Source: Candidatus Rifleibacteriota bacterium (GTDB lineage Bacteria; Muiribacteriota; Ozemobacteria; Ozemobacterales; Ozemobacteraceae). Taken from it: a stretch of 48,766 bases of DNA. The position numbers were made by a program, and so were the translations under genes. The stretch covers positions 1 through 48,766 of the forward strand of contig JBNJGH010000011.1 in NCBI GenBank assembly GCA_051747585.1, given 5' to 3'. Under the pieces are notes generated by a model. That model had not been told where the DNA came from and did no database searches. It worked only from the letters and a program-made list of their open reading frames with translations. Position 1 is the first letter of the stretch; the number at the start of each line of letters is the position of its first letter. Shown in pieces: positions 37,197 to 46,288 of this stretch.

Positions 37197-37712
37197 ATGC
37201 GAAAAAAAGGTTTTTCCCTCGTTGAACTGTTAATTGTTGTGCTGGTTATCGGCATTCTGGTAGCTATAGCGATTCCCCGTTATCAGAGTATTGCCTCCAT
37301 CGCGCGAGCCAAGTCGTGCTTGTCAAATCAGAAAGGTATAGAGAGCCTTATCTCCCTGTGGGAAGCCAAAAATTTTGAGCTCGATGGTGGAAAAAACAGA
37401 TATGCCTGGGTCGACAGATCAGGCAATATGCGCTGGAAATACTCCAATGCGCTTCTGCAATTGAACGATATCGCCAAAGACACCAAATTGTTTATCTGCC
37501 CCGAAGCAGCAAACAGATGGGGTTATACCTGGAACGGTTCAAGTTATAGATTTTATAATACCGACAATTCCGGCCTGTGGATCATAGGCTCCAACGGAAA
37601 AATGGGCGGTCGCGGTGTTGTCTGTGCTATACGCCTTGGGCCCCGCTGGATTGGCATGAACGGACAAATGGGACCAGACGGATCAAAAGACAGCGCTCAT
37701 CATTACTGGTAA
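37197..37712 (+). CDS. Type IV (major) pilin/pseudopilin
   Basis: MRKKG|FSLVELLIVVLVIGILVAIAIP with SD GGAGG. Confidence 0.92.
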   Translation: MRKKGFSLVELLIVVLVIGILVAIAIPRYQSIASIARAKSCLSNQKGIESLISLWEAKNFELDGGKNRYAWVDRSGNMRWKYSNALLQLNDIAKDTKLFICPEAANRWGYTWNGSSYRFYNTDNSGLWIIGSNGKMGGRGVVCAIRLGPRWIGMNGQMGPDGSKDSAHHYW

Positions 37713-37715
37713 TCG

Positions 37716-38219
37716 ATGCGCCTTTTAAGGTGGTTCCCAAAAGCTGACGCTAACTCCGAAACGAACCTGGTTTTATCTCTTCCACAAAGCGGCATATCTT
37801 TCTTATCCAGATTCAAATTCGGGTTTACTATAATTGAAACTCTGATAGTCATTCTTGTTATCGGCATTTTAAGTGCCACAGGAGTTTCGATGTATGCGGG
37901 CGCTACCAATGATTCGCTTATGGCATCGCTCAACGACAGATTGTTCAGCTTTTTTAAAGCCTGTCATCATAGAGTGATATTGAGAAAAACACCGGTAAAA
38001 CTGGTCTTTTACAATAATATTCTGGGCATTGAGCAATCAAGTTCTTTGAAGCTAAGAATAACTGAGCTTGCAACTTCATCTAAAAAGTTGCTCAATGGTT
38101 TGAAAATTGAAAAAGATCGTTTTATAACCTCAGAAGGGAAAGTTCTTCCTGAGCTTAATCTTAAGGTTCTTTTGCCGGGAAATAAATTGCAAACTGTAAC
38201 TATAGGGAAGCATTTATGA
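37716..38219 (+). CDS. Minor pilin (FimT/GspH-like), long leader
   Basis: KFG|FTIIETLIVILVIGILSA; start uncertain. Confidence 0.8.
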   Translation: MRLLRWFPKADANSETNLVLSLPQSGISFLSRFKFGFTIIETLIVILVIGILSATGVSMYAGATNDSLMASLNDRLFSFFKACHHRVILRKTPVKLVFYNNILGIEQSSSLKLRITELATSSKKLLNGLKIEKDRFITSEGKVLPELNLKVLLPGNKLQTVTIGKHL

Positions 38220-38638
38220 GCTCTATCAGCAGTATAATAAAGAATAGAAGCAAATTGTCAGAGTCAAACAAAAAAGGTTTTTCTCTGGCAGAAATTCTGA
38301 TTTCCATGCTGGTGCTTTCCGGGGCGATTTCTACCATGTTCATTGGCTTCGATACCTCGAGCAATCTCGACAATTATTCGCGCTTTTCAACGGAGTCAGC
38401 TTATCTGGCAGAACGGGAAATGGAATTACTCAAATCAGATTTATTAAACGGCAAGCAGCCGCCAGGCCCTGCCAATAGTGGCTCCAGATTCAGCTTAAAA
38501 CCTGGCTGGGGGTTAAAAACAATATGGACTGCGCCTGATGAAACAGAGACAATCAGAATTAACTGTGTCGTGAAAAAAGGCGAGCAACAATTTAAACTGG
38601 AAACTTTTTTATACCTTCCGGGAGGTATAAGACAATGA
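38216..38638 (+). CDS. Minor pilin (PilV/GspI-like)
   Basis: KKG|FSLAEILISMLVL, A.YLAEREME. Confidence 0.82.
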   Translation: MSSISSIIKNRSKLSESNKKGFSLAEILISMLVLSGAISTMFIGFDTSSNLDNYSRFSTESAYLAEREMELLKSDLLNGKQPPGPANSGSRFSLKPGWGLKTIWTAPDETETIRINCVVKKGEQQFKLETFLYLPGGIRQ

Positions 38639-39039
38639 ATAAAAAAAATAGAGGTTTCTCTCTGGTCGAAATTACTGTTGTAATTTTTATTATGGGAATA
38701 ACCATTGCTGGTCTGTTACAACTGTTTGACCTTGGTCACCTTCGCTATAATTCAATCCGAAACGGTCTTAAGAGCAGAGCCCTTTTAACCGAGATCAAGG
38801 TATTTCTACGCAATAAAATTGCCTGTAATGAAATTCAAAATATTTCGACGCCTAATATTCTTAAGGCAGTTAATTTTCCCGATTTATACAAATTGAATAA
38901 ACTTAAAATCGATAAGTATGCTTCAGATACTTATTTTATTAATATTTCGATCTACGAAGACCGCAATTCAAATAAAAAGGTCGACAAGACCGAGAACAGC
39001 TTCAAGAGGCTCTTCTGTTTCAGACGGAGGTCTTCATGA
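38635..39039 (+). CDS. Minor pilin (PilW/GspJ-like)
   Basis: NRG|FSLVEITVVIFIM. Confidence 0.82.
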   Translation: MNKKNRGFSLVEITVVIFIMGITIAGLLQLFDLGHLRYNSIRNGLKSRALLTEIKVFLRNKIACNEIQNISTPNILKAVNFPDLYKLNKLKIDKYASDTYFINISIYEDRNSNKKVDKTENSFKRLFCFRRRSS

Positions 39040-39452
39040 CTACGAAAAAGAAAAGAGGATTCAGTTTGTATTTAACTTTTCTGGTAACAACAGTAATCTT
39101 TATTCTAGTTACCGGAAGCTATGAAATAAGTAAAATTTCGCTTGACACCAGTAAATCAAGTGCAATAGATGCTGTTTTGTTTCATGCAGCCGATGGTGGT
39201 CTTGAAAGAGGCCTGGCAAAATCTCGAATAGCTTTCGAATCATTCGCTTTTAATTATGTTTCCCATCTAAGCAGTCGGCGCAAGGTCAGAGTAGAAGTAA
39301 AGTCAATTCTTAAAAACAATCAGTTAAATATTTCTTCCCGGGCTATTTTAATAGAAGGAAACCAGGTGGTTTCTACGCGAACTCTTCTTAGACATGGAGT
39401 TAAACAACAACCCGGAAGAACTGGAACCGGAAAATTTCTGGAGGCCTCATGA
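39036..39452 (+). CDS. Minor pilin (short PilX/GspK-like)
   Basis: KRG|FSLYLTFLV lacking Glu5; AADGGLERG motif. Confidence 0.72.
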   Translation: MTTKKKRGFSLYLTFLVTTVIFILVTGSYEISKISLDTSKSSAIDAVLFHAADGGLERGLAKSRIAFESFAFNYVSHLSSRRKVRVEVKSILKNNQLNISSRAILIEGNQVVSTRTLLRHGVKQQPGRTGTGKFLEAS

Positions 39453-41143
39453 ACAAAAACATACCTAACGGGTTATATGCAGCTTTTGATCTTGGTAGCG
39501 CTTCACTTAAAGCTTCAGTCATCGAAGTAAATAACTCGACCCCACGGCTTGCTGCAATTGAAGAAGAAAGTCTGCAATCATTTAACAAGTTCCCGGATGA
39601 AAACGAATATCGCAATCATTTAATAGAAAAAATTCAAGCATTGGCAGAACGGCTGCCAATAAAAGAGTGCAAAAAAGTTTCTTTACTGTTCTCTAATCGA
39701 GAAATGCAGGTAAAATTAATAGAGCTGCCTGCGCAGGTTCAATCTGAGCAAATAGACAAAATACTAAACTGGGAAGCAAAGAAACTCTTATCGCCATCGT
39801 TTCGCGAAGAACCATATACATTTTCTTATAAGATAATTAGAAGCAACCCTTATTTGGTAGCCCTTGCCGTGATTCCCCAAAATTTACTCGAAAAGTTTCT
39901 CGAGCTCTATGAAAAAGCCGGAATCAATGTAAGCTCAATATATGCAGAGGTCTTTACGGCCCACACCCTTAAAGAAACAGTAGACCACACAGGCCTGCCT
40001 GCGCTTTCCATAATTAACTTTGGACACACGGGTACTCATCTGCAAATTTTTTCTGCCGGCGATCTACGCTTCTACAGATTCATTCCATCGGGAATGGCCG
40101 AAATGTCCCAACCGCCAACCGAAAATGAGCTAGAAATGTACTCTCAAAAGATTCGCTTCAGTTTCGACTACTTCAGAGCTGTAAGCAAGCTGAATCAAAT
40201 TGATGCAGTGTTTTTCATGGGTGGAGGCGCAGCACAACCAAACATTCTACCTTTTGAACGAAGTTATTTTAATCCAACAAAAATTAATATTGTCGATATC
40301 TCATCTCAGGTCGACATAAGCCCGATTTTACCAGAAATAAGCGATAATTCGCCCGCAGAAGAAAAACAACGCAAACTACTTCCCTTTCTGCCATCAGTCG
40401 GAGCAATTTTGACCCTTTTTAACGAAGATGCAGACAAAACTGACTTTGCTCAGAGACTCAACAAAGAAAAAAAGGAAAAAAAATTACAAGAGCTTACCAA
40501 AACCATGCCTTTTATAATCGCCGCTTGCGGAATTATAATAATTATTCTGTCTTTATTCTATCTCAGGGATCATCTGAACCAGAAACTTAAGAAACTCAAT
40601 AAAGAGCTTGAAATAGCACAAATTGACATGGAATCGGCGAATCTCAAAATAGCAAAATACAAAGCTGCTGCAGATAGCGGAGTTAAACTTTCACCTGCTG
40701 CCAGAAAAATATTGAAACCGATAATTCATCAACAAAACAGCATGGCTAGAATACTTTACATTATAGGTTCCAGCAAACCTGAAAATGTAAAAATTCAAGA
40801 AGTTCTTATCAGGCCTGAAACTGAAGCTGAAAACATAAAACTTGAAAACATAGAAAATGAACCACAATATTCCAGCTATAACCAAAATCCCGATGCAGAA
40901 GATGAGAAAAGCGATTTTATCAGCGAGCTTGCCCAGGAATCTATGGGAATGGAAAACCAGTTTGATCAGGAACTAGGCAAAGAAATAATTATAATAAGGG
41001 GAGTTTCCCAGAATAATGAAATGCTGGCTAAACTTACCGAAGTATTAAAACAAAAACATCTTTTCAAACGAATAAAATCTTTGAAAAGCCACAAAGTTTC
41101 CGCACAAAGAATCGAGTTTCTCTTGAAGGGAGAAATGCTATGA
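39449..41143 (+). CDS. pilM: PilM-PilN fusion (alignment complex)
   Basis: Actin-like motifs AFDLGSASLK, INFGHTGT, FMGGGA; then one TM helix, coiled coil and PilN-like IIRG.S ferredoxin-type end. Confidence 0.75.
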   Translation: MNKNIPNGLYAAFDLGSASLKASVIEVNNSTPRLAAIEEESLQSFNKFPDENEYRNHLIEKIQALAERLPIKECKKVSLLFSNREMQVKLIELPAQVQSEQIDKILNWEAKKLLSPSFREEPYTFSYKIIRSNPYLVALAVIPQNLLEKFLELYEKAGINVSSIYAEVFTAHTLKETVDHTGLPALSIINFGHTGTHLQIFSAGDLRFYRFIPSGMAEMSQPPTENELEMYSQKIRFSFDYFRAVSKLNQIDAVFFMGGGAAQPNILPFERSYFNPTKINIVDISSQVDISPILPEISDNSPAEEKQRKLLPFLPSVGAILTLFNEDADKTDFAQRLNKEKKEKKLQELTKTMPFIIAACGIIIIILSLFYLRDHLNQKLKKLNKELEIAQIDMESANLKIAKYKAAADSGVKLSPAARKILKPIIHQQNSMARILYIIGSSKPENVKIQEVLIRPETEAENIKLENIENEPQYSSYNQNPDAEDEKSDFISELAQESMGMENQFDQELGKEIIIIRGVSQNNEMLAKLTEVLKQKHLFKRIKSLKSHKVSAQRIEFLLKGEML

Positions 41144-41775
41144 ATAGATTTACCAGCAGCATTATAGCCTCAATTGTAACAGTTGCAATTATTTTCTTTA
41201 TTGGGAGACTGCTTTTTCTTTCCGACATTCAGAAAAACATCCTTCAAGTATCTAAACAGATTATTCAAATTAAAGATAATACCAACACGCTTAACCAGGA
41301 ACTAAACAAGCTTAAAAAAGAAGTTAAAACCTATGTCGAAAAACCCAGGAACCAGAAGGTTTTAATTCCGGGAAATGAACCAAAACTGCTTAGCTCTATA
41401 ATTAAATGCAGTCAGAATATGCGAATACAAGATTACGAAATTTTACCGTCTTATTTTGTTAAAGGAAAAAACGAAGATAGTTATTCATCGACCTCATCGC
41501 AGGCCTACCAAGATGGAGAAGAACTTCCCCCCCTCGATGAAAACGGTATGCCAATTGGAATTGAAGTAGATGATGGGTCTGACTGGCCAGGGGTTGAAAT
41601 TATCCCGGTAAAATTCAGGTTTATTACCACTTATCGAAATCTGGGACAATTTTTCAGTAACGCCGAAAAGTATTTACCCATGTCAAAAATCAAATCTCTC
41701 GATTTGATTTTAAAAGACTCGGGAATCGCAAAAGGTACTCTGGTTATGCTTTTCCCCGCTTCTGAAAGTAATTAA
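41140..41775 (+). CDS. PilO-like protein
   Basis: N-terminal TM, coiled coil, EIIPVKFRFITTYRNLGQFF PilO-type motif. Confidence 0.7.
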   Translation: MNRFTSSIIASIVTVAIIFFIGRLLFLSDIQKNILQVSKQIIQIKDNTNTLNQELNKLKKEVKTYVEKPRNQKVLIPGNEPKLLSSIIKCSQNMRIQDYEILPSYFVKGKNEDSYSSTSSQAYQDGEELPPLDENGMPIGIEVDDGSDWPGVEIIPVKFRFITTYRNLGQFFSNAEKYLPMSKIKSLDLILKDSGIAKGTLVMLFPASESN

Positions 41776-41812
41776 AAATGCTACAAACACACATACTCAA
41801 GAGGAGTTCACA

Positions 41813-42151
41813 ATGACAACAGGCAATGATACCTGGAAATGGGCACTGGTTTTTATACTTCTGGCCATTTTTCTTGTAACTGCAAATCAGGCTTACAATC
41901 ATATTGCAAACCAGGAAGACTTTGCTCCCCCAACTGACTACCTTGAGGGAGATTCCTGGGATCTGGAGCACGGAAGTGGCCCTGGAGCCGGCCAGGCAAT
42001 GCAAATGCCTGAGAATAAGACTCCTGACACCGACAACCCGACACAGACACAGACACAGCCGAAAACTCCCTCGTCGGAACAAGAAGAGCCAATGATTATT
42101 CATGAAGAAGAAATTGACTGGAATAACGTGGACAACCCAGCTGGAGATTAA
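41813..42151 (+). CDS. Small acidic membrane-anchored hypothetical protein
   Basis: SD AGGAG, one TM helix, disordered acidic tail; occupies the PilP position. Confidence 0.65.
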   Translation: MTTGNDTWKWALVFILLAIFLVTANQAYNHIANQEDFAPPTDYLEGDSWDLEHGSGPGAGQAMQMPENKTPDTDNPTQTQTQPKTPSSEQEEPMIIHEEEIDWNNVDNPAGD

Positions 42152-42156
42152 CACCC

Positions 42157-42975
42157 ATGCCGGTATGGTTCAAAAAAATATTACCTTTTACTTTTCTACT
42201 TTTGTATTTTTGCCCTTTAACAGGGATTGCCCTTGAATTGAGCAGAACTTTACGTGAAGCAGACCGCCTTTATCAGACCGGGAATTACGAAGCAGCAATA
42301 AACAAGGCAGAAAAAGCTGTAAAAATAAGCCCGGCTAACCTTCAAGCCAACTTAATTATGGGCATGAGCTATTTCAACAACAAAAATTATGTAAAAGCCC
42401 GCGTTTGTTTTCGAAAAGCGGCAAAAATTGCTCCCGAACACCCAATTGTTAGACGCTATATAGACGTAATTCAAGAAATTGAACATCGTTACGGCCCATT
42501 CTCTCAATCAATAATCGCACAGAAAGAATCCTCAGACCCGGTTACGACAAACAATGCCTTTAAGAAAGCATGGTTTGGCCATAGTTTTCCCACTGAGTCA
42601 GCTCCAAAAGAAGAATATTTCGATCCGGCAAAAAATGTGCCTGCACCTGTAGCTCTTGAGGTTGAGGCCCCAATAAAAAGAATCCTGATAAAAAATACAG
42701 TTGCCGATATGGCGCAAAAAGCTCTTAAAGAAAAGAAATACCTCAAGTCTTATCTTTTTTATTCTCAATTAAGCTCTTCAGAACCTTCCAATCGCGAATA
42801 TATACTTGGTAAAGCCAAATCGGCATTTCAGCTGAAACGATATGACGAGGTAATTAAAATTATTGGCCCCATAATTCTTGCTTCAGATAAAAGTTTCAAA
42901 AACAAAGAGTTACATCAGCAAGCCAAAAATCTTTTAAAAGAAGCAAGAACAAAGCTGTACTCTTCAGACCTGTAA
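42157..42975 (+). CDS. Exported TPR protein
   Basis: Signal peptide; TPR patterns (GNYEAAI..AEKAVKISP; MGMSYF...FRKAAKIAP). Confidence 0.8.
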   Translation: MPVWFKKILPFTFLLLYFCPLTGIALELSRTLREADRLYQTGNYEAAINKAEKAVKISPANLQANLIMGMSYFNNKNYVKARVCFRKAAKIAPEHPIVRRYIDVIQEIEHRYGPFSQSIIAQKESSDPVTTNNAFKKAWFGHSFPTESAPKEEYFDPAKNVPAPVALEVEAPIKRILIKNTVADMAQKALKEKKYLKSYLFYSQLSSSEPSNREYILGKAKSAFQLKRYDEVIKIIGPIILASDKSFKNKELHQQAKNLLKEARTKLYSSDL

Positions 42976-42994
42976 ACCCAGGGTTTTATTCCCC

Positions 42995-43149
42995 CAGCAG
43001 TTCTCGGTCAATCATTATTAGCTGGTTTTCAAAATTTATGTTTTTTTTGCCTTGTCGAAGCATTTAATTGTTTCTTTGTGGCTTTGAGACTTCGTGTGAG
43101 AAATTTTCTTTTCTGAAACCAACTGATAGTCGCATACCGAGAATTGCTG
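42995..43149. mobile_element. MITE-like element, copy 2 (155 bp)
   Basis: CAGCAGTTCTCGGT ... ACCGAGAATTGCTG (13/14 TIR); TTTATTCCC repeated at 42985-42993 and 43150-43158. Confidence 0.85.
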
Positions 43150-43150
43150 T

Positions 43151-43888
43151 TTATTCCCAACGGAATTGACGGTCAACCTTCTTTTCTGCTGCCAGAATTA
43201 CAATCTCAACTCTTCGGTTGGCTTCACGATTCTCCGGTGTGTCATTGGGGTATTTGGGGCGTTGATCAGCAAAGCCTTGAGCAGAAAACCGTTCTGGATC
43301 AAGCCTCATATCTTCGGTAAAAAACCGGACAACCCTGCTGGCTCGGGCAGTAGAAAGCTCCCAGTTAGATGGGTAGACGGTATTATTGGCAGGCACATCA
43401 TCAGTGTGCCCATCAACTCGAACAAAATTATTTAGCGAACCGACAATAGGTACCAAAGCCGTAAGAACTTCCTCAGAACCCTCCTGCATCCTTGCGCTTC
43501 CACTCTCAAACAAAACTCCCGAAGGAATATGTATTTTTACCATTTGATCGTTAGAAAGTACCAGAATTCTGTCTGCCATTGAAACTTTTTGCAGTTTGTT
43601 GCGAATTTTTCTGACAATTTTTGGCATTTCGCTTTTGCGGCTTGCAGGCGTAATAAGAATTCCCTTGCCACCGTCATTCAACCATTGATGAGCGCCCTGA
43701 GCAGCGTTAATACTGAATGCTGCCCAGAATTTTTCGTCCCTGGATTCGCTTTCCTGCCTCTTTTTAGGTGAATCAAGAGATGAAAAAGCGAACAACATAA
43801 CAAAGAAACACAACATATTGGTTACAAGATCTGCATAAGACACAAACCACAGCGGTGCCGTTACCTCTTCTGCTTTTCTTTTAGCCAC
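43151..43888 (-). CDS. motB: Flagellar stator B subunit (MotB/PomB)
   Basis: WFVSYADLVTNMLCFFVMLF TM with the conserved Asp; OmpA-like domain VDGHTD, NWELSTARA, NRRVEI. Confidence 0.95.
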   Translation of the reverse strand: MAKRKAEEVTAPLWFVSYADLVTNMLCFFVMLFAFSSLDSPKKRQESESRDEKFWAAFSINAAQGAHQWLNDGGKGILITPASRKSEMPKIVRKIRNKLQKVSMADRILVLSNDQMVKIHIPSGVLFESGSARMQEGSEEVLTALVPIVGSLNNFVRVDGHTDDVPANNTVYPSNWELSTARASRVVRFFTEDMRLDPERFSAQGFADQRPKYPNDTPENREANRRVEIVILAAEKKVDRQFRWE

Positions 43889-44681
43889 CTTGACCTAACT
43901 CCTCGGACAGATGGAGCTCATTGAACTGAACTCTTGATTTTTCTGACATGAATGACAACAATCTTTCCTGAATAATTCTGGGATGAACACCCGCAGCTAT
44001 AAACAGACAACCCCTGGCAATAATCTCGCCATAAAGCTGCTCGCTTACACTTCGCTCTTCGATTTTTTTGCCGTATGGAATAAACAGCAGGTTAGCTGCA
44101 AGCGCTCCATAAAAAGTGGTAATAAGAGCAACAGCCATATTTGGACCGATTGATGAAGGATCATCAAGGTTTCCAAGTAAACCGACCAGCCCCATAATGG
44201 TACCGATCATACCAAATGCCGGAATAACCGATGCAAGAAAGTCTACCGCTTTTTTGACCTCGGTATGACGATCTGCTCTTGAATCTAGCTCGGTATCGAG
44301 AATATCTTCAATAATTTTAACATCGACACCATCGATTACCATCTGCAACGCCCTGGCCATAAAAGGTTCTTCAATTTCGGCCAAACGAGCATCGAGAGCT
44401 AGAATACCTTCTTTTCTGGCGACTTCTGCGGTCATAAGAATGTTACTTGTGAGTTTCATATAATTAAATTCACGAGGCGCAATGTAGCATTGCTTGATCA
44501 TTCCGAGCGCTGCTCTGACCTTGTCACCGCTGTAACCAACGCACAAAGCGGAAAAGCCACCCCCAAAAACAATAAACACAGATGGGACATTGATAAATGC
44601 GCCAAGATTACCCGCAAGTTTAATTCCGATTACAATCAGAATAAAACCAAATATTGTTCCAAATACTGTTGTATTATCCAA
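43881..44681 (-). CDS. motA: Flagellar stator A subunit (MotA/PomA)
   Basis: ARKEGILAL, PAFGMIGTIMGLV, IGPNMAVALITTFYG; TTG start. Confidence 0.95.
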   Translation of the reverse strand: MDNTTVFGTIFGFILIVIGIKLAGNLGAFINVPSVFIVFGGGFSALCVGYSGDKVRAALGMIKQCYIAPREFNYMKLTSNILMTAEVARKEGILALDARLAEIEEPFMARALQMVIDGVDVKIIEDILDTELDSRADRHTEVKKAVDFLASVIPAFGMIGTIMGLVGLLGNLDDPSSIGPNMAVALITTFYGALAANLLFIPYGKKIEERSVSEQLYGEIIARGCLFIAAGVHPRIIQERLLSFMSEKSRVQFNELHLSEELGQGG

Positions 44682-44734
44682 GAAACTATCCCCCGGACGA
44701 ATTTAACGTCAATTTTTCAGTCAAAAATATCAAA

Positions 44735-45487
44735 TCAGCCAATCAGATCAAGTTTAAACACAAGCTCTGAAATGCCTTTTCTGCTTTTCTTAAATTCTTC
44801 GACTGAAATTGTAAATTTGTATGGTGCAACTTCGGCAATGCCTAATACCAAACCTTTTTTTATAGTTGCCGAGTTAATTTTAACCTTAGGAGTTTTTAAA
44901 GAACGAACTTTACCGCTTCGTTCCATCATATCAATTTCAAAACTGATTCCCTTAATATAGCCCTCTTCGTCTCCGACTACTTTCCAGTCTTCATCATACT
45001 TAACAGCAAACCAGTAGTTTTTGCCGTTCAAAGTCAGAGGTTTATCCTTTAAAAATTCTTCTTTTAATGGATGTGGAGCATAATTAAGTAGCCTTACATA
45101 AGAGAACAGGTTTTCGGGTTTAGCTTTTTGAGCCGGTGAAGGAGCAGATGCCTGTTTGACCTGTTTTTTTACGACCGACTTATTCGGCTTTACGGATTTT
45201 ACCTGCTTTGATGGAGCAAATGCACGAGTAGAAGTCACCATTTGATGACTCGGAGCGGAAGGCAGCTCTTTGGGTGGCGGAACCAGCAGTAATTTCTGAT
45301 TGGCTTCAGAAGTGGCTTCAACCGGCTTAACTCTAGCCAGATTAATGTTTTCTGTAGACTCAGTGGAATGCCTTACAACTTTCAAAACTTGTCCGGAATT
45401 TGGCCCGGCAAATGTTGAAGTAGCAAAAATTGCCCCACCAAGCACCATTGCTCCAAATAACAAAAACCCGGCTTTAAAAAATTTCAT
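44735..45487 (-). CDS. Exported hypothetical protein
   Basis: Signal peptide ending TFA, Pro/Lys/Ser-rich linker, ~125-aa beta-rich C-terminal domain; SD GAGGAG. Confidence 0.7.
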   Translation of the reverse strand: MKFFKAGFLLFGAMVLGGAIFATSTFAGPNSGQVLKVVRHSTESTENINLARVKPVEATSEANQKLLLVPPPKELPSAPSHQMVTSTRAFAPSKQVKSVKPNKSVVKKQVKQASAPSPAQKAKPENLFSYVRLLNYAPHPLKEEFLKDKPLTLNGKNYWFAVKYDEDWKVVGDEEGYIKGISFEIDMMERSGKVRSLKTPKVKINSATIKKGLVLGIAEVAPYKFTISVEEFKKSRKGISELVFKLDLIG

Positions 45488-45535
45488 TTATAAATACTCC
45501 TCTAATTTACGCTTATTTTTCGCAACAAAATTTAA

Positions 45536-46162
45536 TTAATTATTGCGCGCTCCGCCGTTAATCCAGTTTGATATCAGGCCCTGGTCTGAAGTAGACAAAG
45601 AAGGCCTGTCTTTTGGCATTCTAGGTGTTTCCATACCCTTGATACGTTTAATAAGCTTACTTCCCTGAGCATCGTAAGGGTAAACAACGGCGCCGTATCT
45701 TGAACCTTTCATAAGATTCGAATAGCTGTTGAGTCTAAGGCCGGCTGCTGCTGAACTATCGTTATGACAACCGGTAATTGCACAGTTAACATTAAATATC
45801 GGCAGAATATTTCGCGCGAAACTTCCACCCATTGAAACCAGAACGATATGAGAAGTCGCCGACAGGCCACTATCAACCGAAACAGTCAACGAATTAGAAT
45901 TATAATCTGTTGCATGAGCGGTAACGGTGTAGACTCCGGGCTCAACATCAGGAATAGAGAAATCCCCGTTAATATCTGTAGTAACTGAATCGGTTGTAGG
46001 AGATGTCATTATTGTTGCTCCAGCAACTCCGATTCCTGTTTGCGAATCAACAACCGTACCAACAATTGTCCCGCGCAGGGTGCTGCTGGTGCCGCAACCA
46101 ACCGCAGTGAGCAGTGACAGGCTCAACACAAGAGCCATTATAATCTGAATTTTTTTAACCAT
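45536..46162 (-). CDS. Lipoprotein: carboxypeptidase-regulatory-like Ig domain + Planctomycete-type cytochrome c domain
   Basis: Lipobox AVGC; GTIVGTVVD...TTDINGDF.I.DV.PG.YTVTA; SFARNILPIF..NCAITGCH...GLRL...S.LIKRI...RMP...I.NWI.GGA. Confidence 0.8.
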   Translation of the reverse strand: MVKKIQIIMALVLSLSLLTAVGCGTSSTLRGTIVGTVVDSQTGIGVAGATIMTSPTTDSVTTDINGDFSIPDVEPGVYTVTAHATDYNSNSLTVSVDSGLSATSHIVLVSMGGSFARNILPIFNVNCAITGCHNDSSAAAGLRLNSYSNLMKGSRYGAVVYPYDAQGSKLIKRIKGMETPRMPKDRPSLSTSDQGLISNWINGGARNN

Positions 46163-46198
46163 ACCCGCTCCTTCCTTGGGCTACTTATCCTGAGTTCT

Positions 46199-46226
46199 TA
46201 ATCGGCATTCAGGTTAAAAAAGTTTA
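46199..46226 (-). promoter_or_regulatory. Sigma28 promoter of the cytochrome-hypothetical-motA-motB operon
   Basis: TAAA-N16-GCCGATTA, ending 36 nt before the ATG. Confidence 0.82.
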
Positions 46227-46273
46227 ACCTCAAGCAAAATTCTTTTATTTTTTAATGAGAAATTATTGCTAAA

Positions 46274-46282
46274 TGCTATAAT
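46274..46282 (+). promoter_or_regulatory. Extended -10 promoter of the third pilin set (leaderless geometry)
   Basis: TGCTATAAT, ATG 7 nt downstream, no SD. Confidence 0.65.
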
Positions 46283-46288
46283 GGCTTC

